NCBI GenBank assembly: GCA_051362555.1
Contig: CM120646.1
Location: 3,410,001-3,474,000 of the forward strand
Direction of reading: 5' to 3'
Length of the DNA: 64,000 nt
Origin: Lingula anatina
Lineage: Eukaryota; Animalia; Brachiopoda
In this document: positions 11,696 through 24,917 of the stretch, piece after piece
Numbering within the stretch: position 1 is the first letter of the stretch
Layout: each line of letters starts with the position of its first letter
Notes under the pieces: generated by a model
What the model was told of the DNA's origin: nothing
Databases searched by the model: none
The model's input: only the letters and a program-made list of their open reading frames with translations
Position numbers and translations under genes: made by a program

Positions 11696-12938
11696 GTGTC
11701 GGATAGCGACAGCGACGGCGAGGACACACCAATCAGGATTACATGTGTCTGTATATAGATAGCAAAAAGAAAGAAAACGCGGTATTCCGGCGGCTGGTTT
11801 CCTTAACAACGTACCAACAAATAACTGACAACAAATAAACAGCCTATCAGACATCCCCTGCACATGCTATACAAACAAACCGGCAACTTGGCCAATTAAC
11901 TTGGTCATTTAACTTGCCCGTTATGCTGTTAACAATGCAAAGACGACCTAAAGAATGGGCCCAGCCAGGGTGTTATAAACATGGGGCACGTATGAATAAG
12001 GGGACTGCGTAGTGAGCTCAAATCGTAGGATGTTAGGCAGAAAGATCCCATTGCGTCCCAGGTTTTAACTTTTAATTTCAAACCTTTAAGTCAAGAAGAA
12101 ATGTGAATAAGGCAGACCCAACCCACTCCACCAATAAACACTTTTATTAATCTTATTCTCATTTTGTGATTTTAAAATTTTGCGTTATTGTACATTTGTT
12201 TAAATTGACCACTTATACGTTGCAAGGTATTCTGATATAGCTACTAGAGGGCTATATTTATAACGGAAAAATAACATTATATAAAAAAGCCCCGTATAGA
12301 CCCGCCGTCGTTTTCTTTGTCAACGTACAAACACAACTCGACAAACCCCATGACTCATTTGATACCCCCTGTATTGACAATAACAAAAAAAAAAAAAAAA
12401 AAGCCCTCGGATAAAGTCTATACAATAGGGTCTACAAACAATTTTGCGATCACGATCATTAGCTGTAACCTGAGTAACATACCTATTTTGTATTTAAACT
12501 ATATTAATTTATGCTATATTTATATATTTGTCCAATGATCCATTTGTTAATTATTCCAGTTGTCATTCTTTATATTTTCATATATCAATTTATAATACAT
12601 TTACATCAAATAATACTAATTGTAAAATATTATATATATAGGAAGAGAAATAAAGAAACTAAGTTAAATTTGAATGAATTAAAAAAAAATTATAAGGTGG
12701 TATATTGAAGTAGAAAAATTCAGGTACATTAGTAAAGGTGAGAAAGAAAAGTTAAACAAAAATGGACATCATTAATACACTTGTTTCAGAAAGAAGGAGT
12801 GAGTGAGTGAGCGAGAGAACAATTTATGTAATTTGTAACAACATTTTCTTTCTGGGAGAATAAATACATCTAAAAAAATTATAATACATCGAGGGAGAGG
12901 GAGAGAGAGATAGATAAGATCGAATCATCTATTTTGTG

Positions 12939-13457
12939 CTACCGACCTTGTTCCGGCTGTGAAACACTCGCAGTCAGCGCTCTCCGCAGATCACCCAGTG
13001 CTTTTTGATCTTTAGGAAGGACTTCATTAGCATTAAAGTAAAGGCGTCTTATAGCTCTATATTTCTCCATCTTGTTAAAAGTATCTTGTACGGTAACGCC
13101 AAGAGCACATACGGGTATGAACTGGGGACGTCCCAACCGATCTAGAAAGGCACTTTCAGCAATATGTTCGCTCCAGCAGTCTTGGATGAAAGCCGGGCAC
13201 ATGACTGGTACAATAAACTTTGACTCTTTTAAAGCATTAAAAAGTGCCTCAAAAACTCTTTGCCCAGGGTTCACGTCTCTGTGGGGATAGAATACTTTAA
13301 GTTTACATTCTTTTTCCAAATATTCCAAGAGCGCTTCCGTAAATTTTTCACTTCTCGTTATAGCTTCCTCGTCTGCGTTTCCTGTTAACATTGTTCTATC
13401 ACAGCTCAACAATAAAACGTCATATTTCCTCTGCTCCGATCTGCAACTTGCCGCCAT
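12939..13457 (-). CDS. TIR-domain exon, class A; predicted to splice at 12947 to tail module 1 (405-aa product)
   Basis: Same TIR motifs as 1234-1752. CAAG|gtcggt phase-1 donor. 511+91+61+555 = 1218 nt open frame. Confidence 0.88.
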   Translation of the reverse strand: MAASCRSEQRKYDVLLLSCDRTMLTGNADEEAITRSEKFTEALLEYLEKECKLKVFYPHRDVNPGQRVFEALFNALKESKFIVPVMCPAFIQDCWSEHIAESAFLDRLGRPQFIPVCALGVTVQDTFNKMEKYRAIRRLYFNANEVLPKDQKALGDLRRALTASVSQPEQGR

Positions 13458-14651
13458 ATCTCAGATAGGACTATTGATTTGTGAGTTCAATCTTCTTGTG
13501 TACAGTGTCCTAACAACGAGCTTTCCGACCTCTGCCAGTGTGTAAACCTATATATATTTTGGCCCCTTACTGTCAAGCGGAGAAAACTGAAGTGCCGTCG
13601 TGTGGACAACAATACAGGGAATATGTTTATATGTTGTTGCGTTTCCAACCAACGCCGCCATTTTGTTATACAGTACAATATGCTTTATTCCAATAATCAA
13701 TGATTGCATTTGTCAGTCTTTAAAAATATAGTGCAGAGAAAGCCACATGTAAACGGGTAAAATTCATTAGAAGAAAAAATGAAAGAAATATATATAGATA
13801 TATATCGATTGATATTGCTTTATTTTAACATTTGAGCAACTTGTATAACATTAACATCTAAAGCAAAGTACCAGCAATGAAAATATGTCAATATTGTTAC
13901 ACCCAACATTGATTAAAGCAATGCAAAAATACATGAATGTGGCCAAAATGGTTAGTTTTTATTTTAATGTGGTGATTATTTTATTTCATACTTTAGACAG
14001 TTAGCCAGTGAACACTGAATTCTCTTTTAAAACTTGGAGCACTCTTCAATTTCAGCCAAAAATTAAATTTCACAAATTTATCTGCGTTCCAGTATCAGTT
14101 CATATTTGCATCTGAATTAATTAATCTTTAATAAATAGCACTTGTCTACAAACCATGTCATGTGTGCAAAAACTTGCATATTAAACTAAAAACAATGTAC
14201 TTTTTGACTGCATACACCTTTCTTTAGGTGGTTCAAACCTAAGATAATATGACAAATTTAGGTACACTGATTACCAATAAATATTATTATAAACAACAGC
14301 CAGCACAGCTCAAAAATATTTTTTTATCCCTTAAAAGTTCGTCAAAAGTTGTGACCAAATTCAACTCACATTCTAAATTCTACTTAAAAACTAGACAGCA
14401 GAGCTGAGAAATATACAGATACCATAGAGGAAACAAGGCAGCAAAGCTGACAAATGTTCAGTACACAGAAAAGAGTGCGCCAAATAATATTTTGACCAAT
14501 TTTAGTGTACTGTTTCCGGGTACATAATGCTTTGTAACAGCATAACCACTCTTATCTTCTTACATTATGTACTACAGGTAACATGGACATTGAAATACCA
14601 CCAAGTAATTCAGTTTCATGGGATAGAAAAGCCACTGAAAATGTGTAAAAA

Positions 14652-15490
14652 AAAAGTTTCACTCTCCTGGAACCATGAATAATTAAAAATAATTCATCGT
14701 TTAACCCCAAAAAGGAACATACGTTACTGTTACAAATACAAAACGTCCAACTGTGAAGCCTTCTACTGACTTTGAAAATTCAGTCATCACTGGTTTTGTG
14801 CATTGATTTATCTCCTACATGTATAACGTTGCTAAAAATTATAATAATCTTCTGTATAGACCAGTTAATTGTTTTTTTGCGACTTAAGTTTGCTTGTCAC
14901 AGAATATTAAAAAATGGGGAAAATTCACCCTACCGACAGTAAAATAAGCATTAAATAATCATGTTTCCCTTCATGATCCAACGATTATAACAGAAATGTC
15001 AAACTATCATGGAACCACAATATATTGTTCGGTCAGCAAAAGAAAACATTGTATCTCTTGCACACAAGTACTTGAACAAAATTAAACATTTTGACAATTT
15101 TTCTAGGGAACATACGTTACCTAGTATAAGCCATGACGCAAAGCCCCTTGAGATACATTTTAAATATTTTTAAAAACGTCCTTACGTCATGTCTAATTTA
15201 CCATGACTGAACCACTAAAAAACATATCGGAACGCGGCATAAAAATGAAAATTAAGTGGCAAGAACATACGTTACCGTACGTTTTTTGGAACATACGTTA
15301 CCATATAGGGCTCTTTGCTTAATGTTAAAGATATGGTAAAAATTAAAAATTGAATTTCAGTTGAGACAGTCGTGGATTTTTGTTCTATACACATATATGT
15401 TTTGAAATATTGAATACAATTTTGAATTCATTCATCTTTATTTTTTGACACTTCAACATGTGAAATGCACCTCTATATTGGGTTTGGGTG
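14652..15490. mobile_element. Left-truncated copy of the CAC...GTG element
   Basis: Right inverted repeat and ACCA are intact at 15468-15494. The left end was removed by a ~260-bp deletion joined at an A run (~14650). Confidence 0.8.
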
Positions 15491-17305
15491 ACCAACAAAT
15501 AACTGACAACAAATAAACAGCCTATCAGACATTTGAAACCCTCTGTATTGACTAAAACAACAGAAAAGCAACTAAGTGTGTATACAAGCAATATGGGGAG
15601 CGAATGGTGACCTCAGATTATTCCAATCTCTAAGTCAAGAACAAATGTAAATATGGCGCTTGATTACACCCCACCCCCGTCCACTAAGTAACCTAGTTTT
15701 TTCGCGATGACGGTTATATGCATATGGATAAGGATGTTTTGTTTTATAATATTTTTTATTAAAGAGATAACAGCTCTTCATATCAAATTAAAAAGCCCAC
15801 AATGCATACATGTACATTGTAAGCAACACAGAGAAATCTTATAAATTCCATTCTACAACCAAAACGGTGGCTAGCGCAATTATTCTAAAATCTGCTTGCC
15901 ATCGGACATCGTGGACCTTCATAGTTAGCTACCCTACGACCCTCCCCCCACCCCACCCCCCAAAAAAAAACACTTAAAAATCATGCAATCGACTAACTTT
16001 GAATGTTGAAGCAGATTCATTATCCACTACTAAAGATGGGAACACCGTCGGTCACTTTTCCAGAAAAAAAATTAAACTTTGGTCTGTAAACACCATGGAC
16101 CCATGGTCATTTACATTTTTTTTAATTGATCACTTTTACGTTGCAAGGTATTCTGATATAATATCTGGAAAATAATATTATATATAAAACGGGAAAGACC
16201 CACTGTTGGCTTCTTTGTCAACGTGCTGAACTCGACTCAGCCCATGACTCATTTGAAATCCCCAGTATTGACAATAACAAAAAAAGCCCCTCGCTTGGAA
16301 AAAATCTATAGCCTACAAAAGGGTCTACAAACATTGGCACTTATGAATAAGGAGACTGCGTAGTGAGCTCTAATCGGAGGATGTGAGGCAGAAAGATCCC
16401 CTTGCGTCCCAGGTTTTAATTTTTAATTTCAAACCTGTCAGTCAAGAAGAAATGTGAATAAGGTGGACTCAACCCACTCAACCAATAAACAATTTTATTA
16501 ATCTTATTCTCAATTAGTGATTTATATTATTGTACATTTGTTTAAATTGACCACTTATACGTTGCAAGGTATCCTGATATAGCTACTAGAGGGCTATATT
16601 TATAACGGAAAAATAATATTGTATAAAAAAAGTCCCGTATAGACCCACCGTTGTTTTTTTTTTTTTTTTTTTTTTTTTTTGTCAACGTGCAAAAACAACT
16701 CGACAAAGCCCATGACTCATTTGATACCCCCTTTATTGACAATAACAAAAAAAGCCCCTCTCTCGGATGAAGTCTATACAGTAGGGTCTACAAACAGTTT
16801 CGCGATCACGATCATTAGCTGTAACCTGAGTAACATACCTATTTTGTATTTAAACTATATTAATTTATGCTATATTTATATATTTGTCCAATGATCCATT
16901 TGTTCATTATTCCAGTTGTCTTTCTTTATATTTTCATATATCAATTTATAATACATTTACATCAAATAATACTAATTGTAAAATATTATATATATAGGAA
17001 GAGAATTAAAGAAACTAAGTTAAATTTTAATGAATTGGAAAAAATGATAAGGTGGTATTTTGAAGTAGAAAATTTCAGGTACATTAGTAAAGGTGAGAAA
17101 GAAAAGTTAAACAAAAATGGACATCATTAATACACTTGTTTCAGAAAGAAGACGAATGAATGAGGAGTGAGTGAGTGAGCGAGAGAACAATTTATGTAAT
17201 TTGTAACAACATTTTCTTTCTGGGAGAATAAATATATTTAAAAAAATTATAACACATCGAGGGAGAGGGAGAGAGAGATAGATAAGATCGAATCATCTAT
17301 TTGTG

Positions 17306-17824
17306 CTACTGACCTTGTTCCGGCTGTGAAACACTCGCAGTCAGCGCTCTCTGCAGATCACCCAGCGCTTTTTTGTCTTTAGGAAGGACTTCATTAGCAT
17401 TAAAGTAAAGGGATCTTATAACTCTATATTTCTTCATTTTGTCGTTAATATCTTGGACGGTAACGCCAAGGGCACATACGGGTATGAACTGGGCACGTCC
17501 CAACCGATCTAGAAAGGCACTATCAGCAACATATTTGCTCCAGCAGTCTTGGATGAACGCCGGGCACATGACTGGTACAATAAACTTCGACTTTTCTAAA
17601 GCATTAAAAAGTGCCTCAAAAACAGGTTGCCCAGGGTTCACGTCTCTGCGGGCATAGAATACATTAAGTTTACATTCTTTTTCCAAATATTCCAAGAGCG
17701 CTTCCGTAAATTTTTCACTTCTCGTTATAGCTTCCTCGTCTGCGTTTCCTGTAAACATTGTTCTATCACAGCTCAACAATAAAACGTCATATTTCCTCTG
17801 CTCCGATCTGCAACTTGCCGCCAT
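17306..17824 (-). CDS. TIR-domain exon, class B (no tail module of its own; the next TIR exon intervenes)
   Basis: TIR motifs with BB loop FYARRDVNPGQP. Donor-like CAAG|gtcagt at 17314. Confidence 0.88.
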   Translation of the reverse strand: MAASCRSEQRKYDVLLLSCDRTMFTGNADEEAITRSEKFTEALLEYLEKECKLNVFYARRDVNPGQPVFEALFNALEKSKFIVPVMCPAFIQDCWSKYVADSAFLDRLGRAQFIPVCALGVTVQDINDKMKKYRVIRSLYFNANEVLPKDKKALGDLQRALTASVSQPEQGQ

Positions 17825-19755
17825 ATCTCAGATAGGACTATTGATTTGTGAGTTCAATCTTCTTGTGTACAGTGTCCTAACAACGAGCTTTCCGACCTCT
17901 GCCAGTGTGTAAACCTATATATATATTGGCCCCTTACTGTCAAGCGGAGAAAACTGAAGTGCCGTCGTGTGGACAACAATACAGGGAATATGTTTATATG
18001 TTGTTGCGTTTCCAACCAACGCCGCCATTTTGTTATACAGTGCATTTATGCTTTATTCCAATAATCAATGATAGCATTTGTTAGTCTTTAAAAATATAGT
18101 GCAGAGAAAGCCACATGTAAACGGGTACTTTCGGGTCTTTTGTGACATTCTTTTAAGTTTTAATATGAAAAATAAGTTAGAAAACTCTCCTTTATCTGAT
18201 ATACAGAAACCAATAGTCTAAAACAAGTGGGGCACTTGCGCTGAGGTGATTCATCCCCAGAAATGGACTGCATGACGTCACGCATAGCCCACTGCGCATG
18301 CGTGCATTTTTAATACGTTGCTAGATTGCCATAGATAAATGAATGGGTTCGCGATTCGTGGGTAATTCGTGATACTTGACAAACTAACGGCCTGCTGTCG
18401 ATAGACAGCAACGCTGTGCTATGCTTCAAGCAACTCCTGACCAATAGGGTTTAAAAAAATTATGTTGTACACACGTACTAAGAAGTTTGCCGTGCATTGC
18501 CTAGCCTACCCTCAGCAAAATGAAATTATTTTCAGAAATAGTGATTTTAGTCGGTAGATTCACTCAGAAACAAAGGCAAACTAATTCGTTGCCGATAGCA
18601 CCAGCAGATGGCAGCACCATACAGAGTCTGTTTTAAAACTTTCATGGCAATTGAAGAACTTTTACCACTGTACAATGGAGTCAAAAAAAAAAAAAGCACT
18701 TGGCACAAATGTAAAACTGTCCAGTGCAAGGCCAAGAATTCAATCATTTTCAATCATATTATCAGATTCTACATAAATTGACTGACAATATCACTATTTA
18801 ATTAATCTCTTAATCCAAAATTCCTATCATCATTTAGTAATTATGCAAAATTCTTCTTTCAGATTGCTGTTTATTTTAATTTTTTAATGCTGCAACTGTT
18901 CCAAAATAATCTTGCAGAAAAGGAAAAATACAAAATAGAAGTGGAAGACCATTTTTACTCAAATTATTCATTTATTTGAATATAAAAAGAATAAGATCAC
19001 TATTTAACAACTTAAAATAATATTTCATGAACTCTTTCATAAATAACATATTAAACAAAAATAATAGTTATAAATTAGTGGTAATGGCTTATTCTGAAAT
19101 ATATGACCTCTGCACACCATCAGTACTTGGTACAGTATAGTTACTTCTTGGATACAGAGTTATATTTTTTATAATGTAACAATAAGAACAATATATATTA
19201 CAATAAACTCCTCTGCACATGTCAGACGCTAGTTACTACGAACTAACACTCGAGCACTTATCACAGAGTCTGTGTACGATGACATTGTTGTGCTGTGATT
19301 GGCTAGTTAAGTCACGTGAAGCCCTACTGTAGCGCCCTCGCGTATCGCGTGAAAGCTGCGCATTATTGGCCTTTCAGCCAGAACTTCTAACACAGTCAGC
19401 GTGCCTTTCAGATTCATGGTGAACTTACTAAATGTAGGTCTATTTAACACCTGTCTGTCTCGTTTTTTTTCCTTTTTGACACATGCATTGCATTTTTAAA
19501 CACGAACGCTTCTTATGTTTGAGAATTCTGAAATATATGAAACGTCGCCAAGCTGACTTTAAAAATGTTAAAGACTGTCTTAACCAAACAGACTAAGCGT
19601 GCTCGAAAGGTATACTGGAGTATCTGATTTGTTTTGTTAAATGAGCTTTGAAATTTTCATCATATGACTAACAATGTCACATCACTCCAATGCAGAGGTA
19701 CTCCTTCCATCTTAAAACATAAAAACACACGCATGCATGCATGCATACATGTATG

Positions 19756-19804
<49 letters not shown>

Positions 19805-20882
19805 TAAGCGATAAAAGGCAAAACCAATACATTTACCGTCCTGTGTCCTATATAACTAGTTAACTGTCCTTATTAACAGTGTACTACATTAGGTTTACAT
19901 AACATCTACCAGGGTGAGTGAGGTGATTTCTTTCAGTTTTAATTGTCACCTTTGCCAAAGATTGTAAAGATTTCCTTTGCCAAAGATTGTGAATTCTTCC
20001 AGACTATCTACATCTACAGTAGGTCTCGACTATAACTATTGCTGCATTTTTCTCCACTTCTAGACGAGGCCATATAAAATGTTTCACTAACTTTGGTAGG
20101 CCTATAATATTTTTAGGCCATTTAGAATTACAAACAACTTTGTGGGTACTGGTATCAGCAGTGATTTTGGTCGGTGATTACACATTCATTGCCCCAAATC
20201 AAAACAATTATATATACTGGGTATTTGTCGATAAAAAAACAACGTAAACTTGATTTTAGTATGATAGTGCTATGCCATAAATACCCAGTAAGCAATAAAC
20301 AGAATATCCTCACATAACAATAACGCTGAGTTTTAGGTTTAAATAAAATGCTTTAAGTAATACAGGTCATGCATTTCTCGACTTCATACAATACGGTACG
20401 TTCTATTTACCTTTGCAAATTATTTTTATTTTTATTATTATTATAATTATTATTGTTACAATCTACATTCTATTATGGCTTCAACAAGGTCTAATATCAT
20501 CACATAATTTACATATCAGAACGTCGTATTTAAAAAAGATATTTTATGCGCCGTTTGAGGCCCATAAACAGTTCATTAATGAACTGCCATCTCTTACTTC
20601 ATAAACAGTTCTCTTAAACTTTTGCCAAAGTTTCTTTATGAAGAAACTTGATCACAACACATTAGATTTGATGGGTCTCAGTCTACACTTAAATTACTGG
20701 AATGTACACGAGTATTAACCTTACATTGTGCCATTAGTCAGTCTGTGCATTAGCCAGACCTAGCATTAGTCAGTCTTTGCATTAGCCAGACTTAGCATTA
20801 GTCAGTCTTTGCATTAGCCAGTCTCAACATTAGCCGGTCTTTGCATTAGTCAGTCTTATCAATGGCCATTCTTAGCATTGTT

Positions 20883-21914
20883 TTAAGCTGAGAACAGCTG
20901 TGGTGTCGAGTCTTCTGTACACAAAATACACATCCAGAAGACTGGGGCAACATCTCTAAGAAAAGATGACAGTGAACCCATCCAACCTCGCACAGAATTC
21001 TCGCTGCTTGCATCCTCCACAGCGTCTTGGCCCTGTCTCTCTTCGGCTGTGTCTTCGCCCATGGCTTCGCAATCCCTGTCTTCACAGTTTGGGCCCTGAA
21101 AAACTTTCGACTGTGTTTTGGACATAGGTGAGACGGGGCTGTACCAGTCCACAGGGGGTGAGGAAGAACCACGGTCTTCAGGAGCGGCCGCATTTCCCTC
21201 ACTGAAATTCTGATTTAATGGCTCCAGTCGCGCTGCAACGGAGTCACGGCCGGTGCCAACATGCACAAGTGGTCGTGGTGGTAAATCCTGACTCGGATTA
21301 TCCCCGGGAGAACTCGGACCTGGTTGAGGTTGTCCTTCCACAGTTTGGTGCCTTACATTGTCGTTGAAGTGCGGTCCATATGAGCTTTCGACCCTTGTCT
21401 GACGTACTCCATCCCGAGGTTCTAGTGTCTTCATTCCCTTGTTTTGAAAGGAATAAAGAAATAATTTAATTTAATTTGTTATATTACAAATAATATGTTT
21501 TAGAATGCACATGTTGAAATGACGACATCTGTTATTCAAGTGTATTTGGATGATACACATTTAGGTCTCCTATTAGATCAAGAGCAAAACAAATATGAAA
21601 AACAAATCATTTACATGTGAGAACATGCAATTTAACCAAAACGTTGATTTGTCGTGCAACTTTCGATTGTGGTATATATTTTTTGTCATTGCAGATATTC
21701 GGAGTAGTATATCACGTAATTAAACCTGAAGTAACTATTGTTCATAAAATTAGATATGTATACCTCTTGCTGGCATTCCAAGCCGTCAGACTGTGTCTGG
21801 AGAAGAGGGGGAGGTTGGCCACCCCTGAAAAATTAAGAAAATGAAAATAAATGAAATTTGAAATAAGCTGAAATAACAACAATTTTATCAATTCCTTTTT
21901 AGTTCTCTCTCTCC

Positions 21915-21967
<53 letters not shown>

Positions 21968-22433
21968 AGAAAATGGGAGGGGTCGAAATAGGTAAAGTTT
22001 GGTATTTCTCATTAGGTTTTAAGTTAAATAAAATCTTACTTCAGTATACAACCCATTTTTAAAGAAAACCCATTATAATAAAAGACATAAAACTTAAATT
22101 TAAAAATTCACAAAACGAAGCAGGAGGACGAGGGGGCTCCCTGTAGCCCTGTGTATCTGCCTCTCGGTATGCTTCTGACTATCAGATTATTTTATATATA
22201 ATTATATATATATATATGGAATAATCTGATAATCATATTATTCCATATATAATTATGATTAAATTTACACCTCATTCAGCTCTCAATCATGGAAACCACT
22301 CGGAGAGGAGTACAATGCATTATGGTTAAGATATTAACATACGTGACGCCGTCGCATGGCGGAACTGACTCTTCCTTTGGTCGACTTAATTCTCCATTGC
22401 TTTCATCGCCTGGTCCTTCGTTATTCCCGTCAT
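20883..22433 (-). CDS. Tail module 2: exons 22433-22343, 21824-21764, 21437-20883
   Basis: Same splice signals and open frame as module 1, with a few substitutions. Confidence 0.75.
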
Positions 22434-24398
22434 CTGCAAATATATTAACAATATTTAAGGGACCAAATTCAACTCACATTCTAAATTCTACTTAAAAACT
22501 AGACAGCAGAGCTGAGAAATATACAGATACCATAGAGGAAACAAGGGAGCAAAGCTGACAAATGTTCAGTACACAGAAAAGAGTGCGCCAAATAATATTT
22601 TGACCAATTTTAGTGCACTGTTTCCGGGTACATAATGCTTTAAAACAGCATACTCTTATCTTCTTACATTATGTACTACAGGTAACATGGACATTGAAAT
22701 ACTAGCAAGTAATTCAGTTTCATGGGATAGAAAAGCCACTGAAAATGTGTAAAATAAAATAAATATAAAAAAAAGATTAATTACCGTAAACGTAAACCTA
22801 TCATGCCGATTTTTGAAAGCAAGCTGCCTTTTAATCAAATAAAGCCACGAAGTAAATTTAAAGTAAAACGAAAATATAGTTTGATAACCGATAATGCTGA
22901 TTTTTGAAAGCAACCTCATTATTTACCAAACAAAGCCACTCAGTAACTTTAAAGCAAAACAAAAATAAGGTTTAGAAGTTGTGGGGCGAACGTCACCAAA
23001 ATGTGAAAAAAACGAATTATTGCCGTAAATGAAAACAGATCGTGCCGATCTTCGAAAGTGACCTGCCTCTTTACCAATGAAAGCCACTCAGCAAATTTCA
23101 AGTAAAAGAAAAATACGGTTTGGAAGTTATGGGGCGAAGGTCATGTGTCGGATAGCGACAGCGACGGCGAGGACACACCAATCAGACACACCAATCAGGA
23201 TTACATGTGTCTGTATATAGATAGCAAAAAGAAAGAAAACGCGGTATTCCGGCGGCTGGTTTCCTTAACAACGTACCAACAAATAACTGACAACAAATAA
23301 ACAGCCTATCAGACATCCCCTGCACATGCTATACAAACAAACCGGCAACTTGGCCAATTAACTTGGTCATTTAACTTGCCCGTTATGCTGTTAACAATGC
23401 AAAGACGACCTAAAGAATGGGCCCAGCCAGGGTGTTATAAACATGGGGCACGTATGAATAAGGGGACTGCGTAGTGAGCTCAAATCGTAGGATGTTAGGC
23501 AGAAAGATCCCATTGCGTCCCAGGTTTTAACTTTTAATTTCAAACCTTTAAGTCAAGAAGAAATGTGAATAAGGCAGACCCAACCCACTCCACCAATAAA
23601 CACTTTTATTAATCTTATTCTCATTTTGTGATTTTAAAATTTTGCGTTATTGTACATTTGTTTAAATTGACCACTTATACGTTGCAAGGTATTCTGATAT
23701 AGCTACTAGAGGGCTATATTTATAACGGAAAAATAACATTATATAAAAAAGCCCCGTATAGACCCGCCGTCGTTTTCTTTGTCAACGTACAAACACAACT
23801 CGACAAACCCCATGACTCATTTGATACCCCCTGTATTGACAATAACAAAAAAAAAAAAAAAAAGCCCTCGGATGAAGTCTATACAATAGGGTCTACAAAC
23901 AATTTTGCGATCACGATCATTAGCTGTAACCTGAGTAACATACCTATTTTGTATTTAAACTATATTAATTTATGCTATATTTATATATTTGTCCAATGAT
24001 CCATTTGTTAATTATTCCAGTTGTCATTCTTTATATTTTCATATATCAATTTATAATACATTTACATCAAATAATACTAATTGTAAAATATTATATATAT
24101 AGGAAGAGAAATAAAGAAACTAAGTTAAATTTGAATGAATTGAAAAAAATTATAAGGTGGTATATTGAAGTAGAAAAATTCAGGTACATTAGTAAAGGTG
24201 AGAAAGAAAAGTTAAACAAAAATGGACATCATTAATACACTTGTTTCAGAAAGAAGGAGTGAGTGAGTGAGCGAGAGAACAATTTATGTAATTTGTAACA
24301 ACATTTTCTTTCTGGGAGAATAAATACATCTAAAAAAATTATAATACATCGAGGGAGAGGGAGAGAGAGATAGATAAGATCGAATCATCTATTTTGTG

Positions 24399-24917
24399 CT
24401 ACCGACCTTGTTCCGGCTGTGAAACACTCGCAGTCAGCGCTCTCCGCAGATCACCCAGTGCTTTTTGATCTTTAGGAAGGACTTCATTAGCATTAAAGTA
24501 AAGGCGTCTTATAGCTCTATATTTCTCCATCTTGTTAAAAGTATCTTGTACGGTAACGCCAAGAGCACATACGGGTATGAACTGGGGACGTCCCAACCGA
24601 TCTAGAAAGGCACTTTCAGCAATATGTTCGCTCCAGCAGTCTTGGATGAAAGCCGGGCACATGACTGGTACAATAAACTTTGACTCTTTTAAAGCATTAA
24701 AAAGTGCCTCAAAAACTCTTTGCCCAGGGTTCACGTCTCTGCGGGGATAGAATACTTTAAGTTTACATTCTTTTTCCAAATATTCCAAGAGCGCTTCCGT
24801 AAATTTTTCACTTCTCGTTATAGCTTCCTCGTCTGCGTTTCCTGTTAACATTGTTCTATCACAGCTCAACAATAAAACGTCATATTTCCTCTGCTCCGAT
24901 CTGCAACTTGCCGCCAT
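24399..24917 (-). CDS. TIR-domain exon, class A (H59R variant); predicted to splice at 24407 to tail module 2
   Basis: TIR motifs. The upstream region carries a ~280-bp deletion at ~24958. Confidence 0.86.
   Translation of the reverse strand: MAASCRSEQRKYDVLLLSCDRTMLTGNADEEAITRSEKFTEALLEYLEKECKLKVFYPRRDVNPGQRVFEALFNALKESKFIVPVMCPAFIQDCWSEHIAESAFLDRLGRPQFIPVCALGVTVQDTFNKMEKYRAIRRLYFNANEVLPKDQKALGDLRRALTASVSQPEQGR

Noticed and set aside
12939-13457. Assigning a gene symbol (MYD88, TIRAP, TICAM, SARM1 or a TLR)
   Set aside because: There is no death, LRR, SAM or upstream transmembrane region, an in-frame stop precedes the ATG, and I do not recognise orthology.
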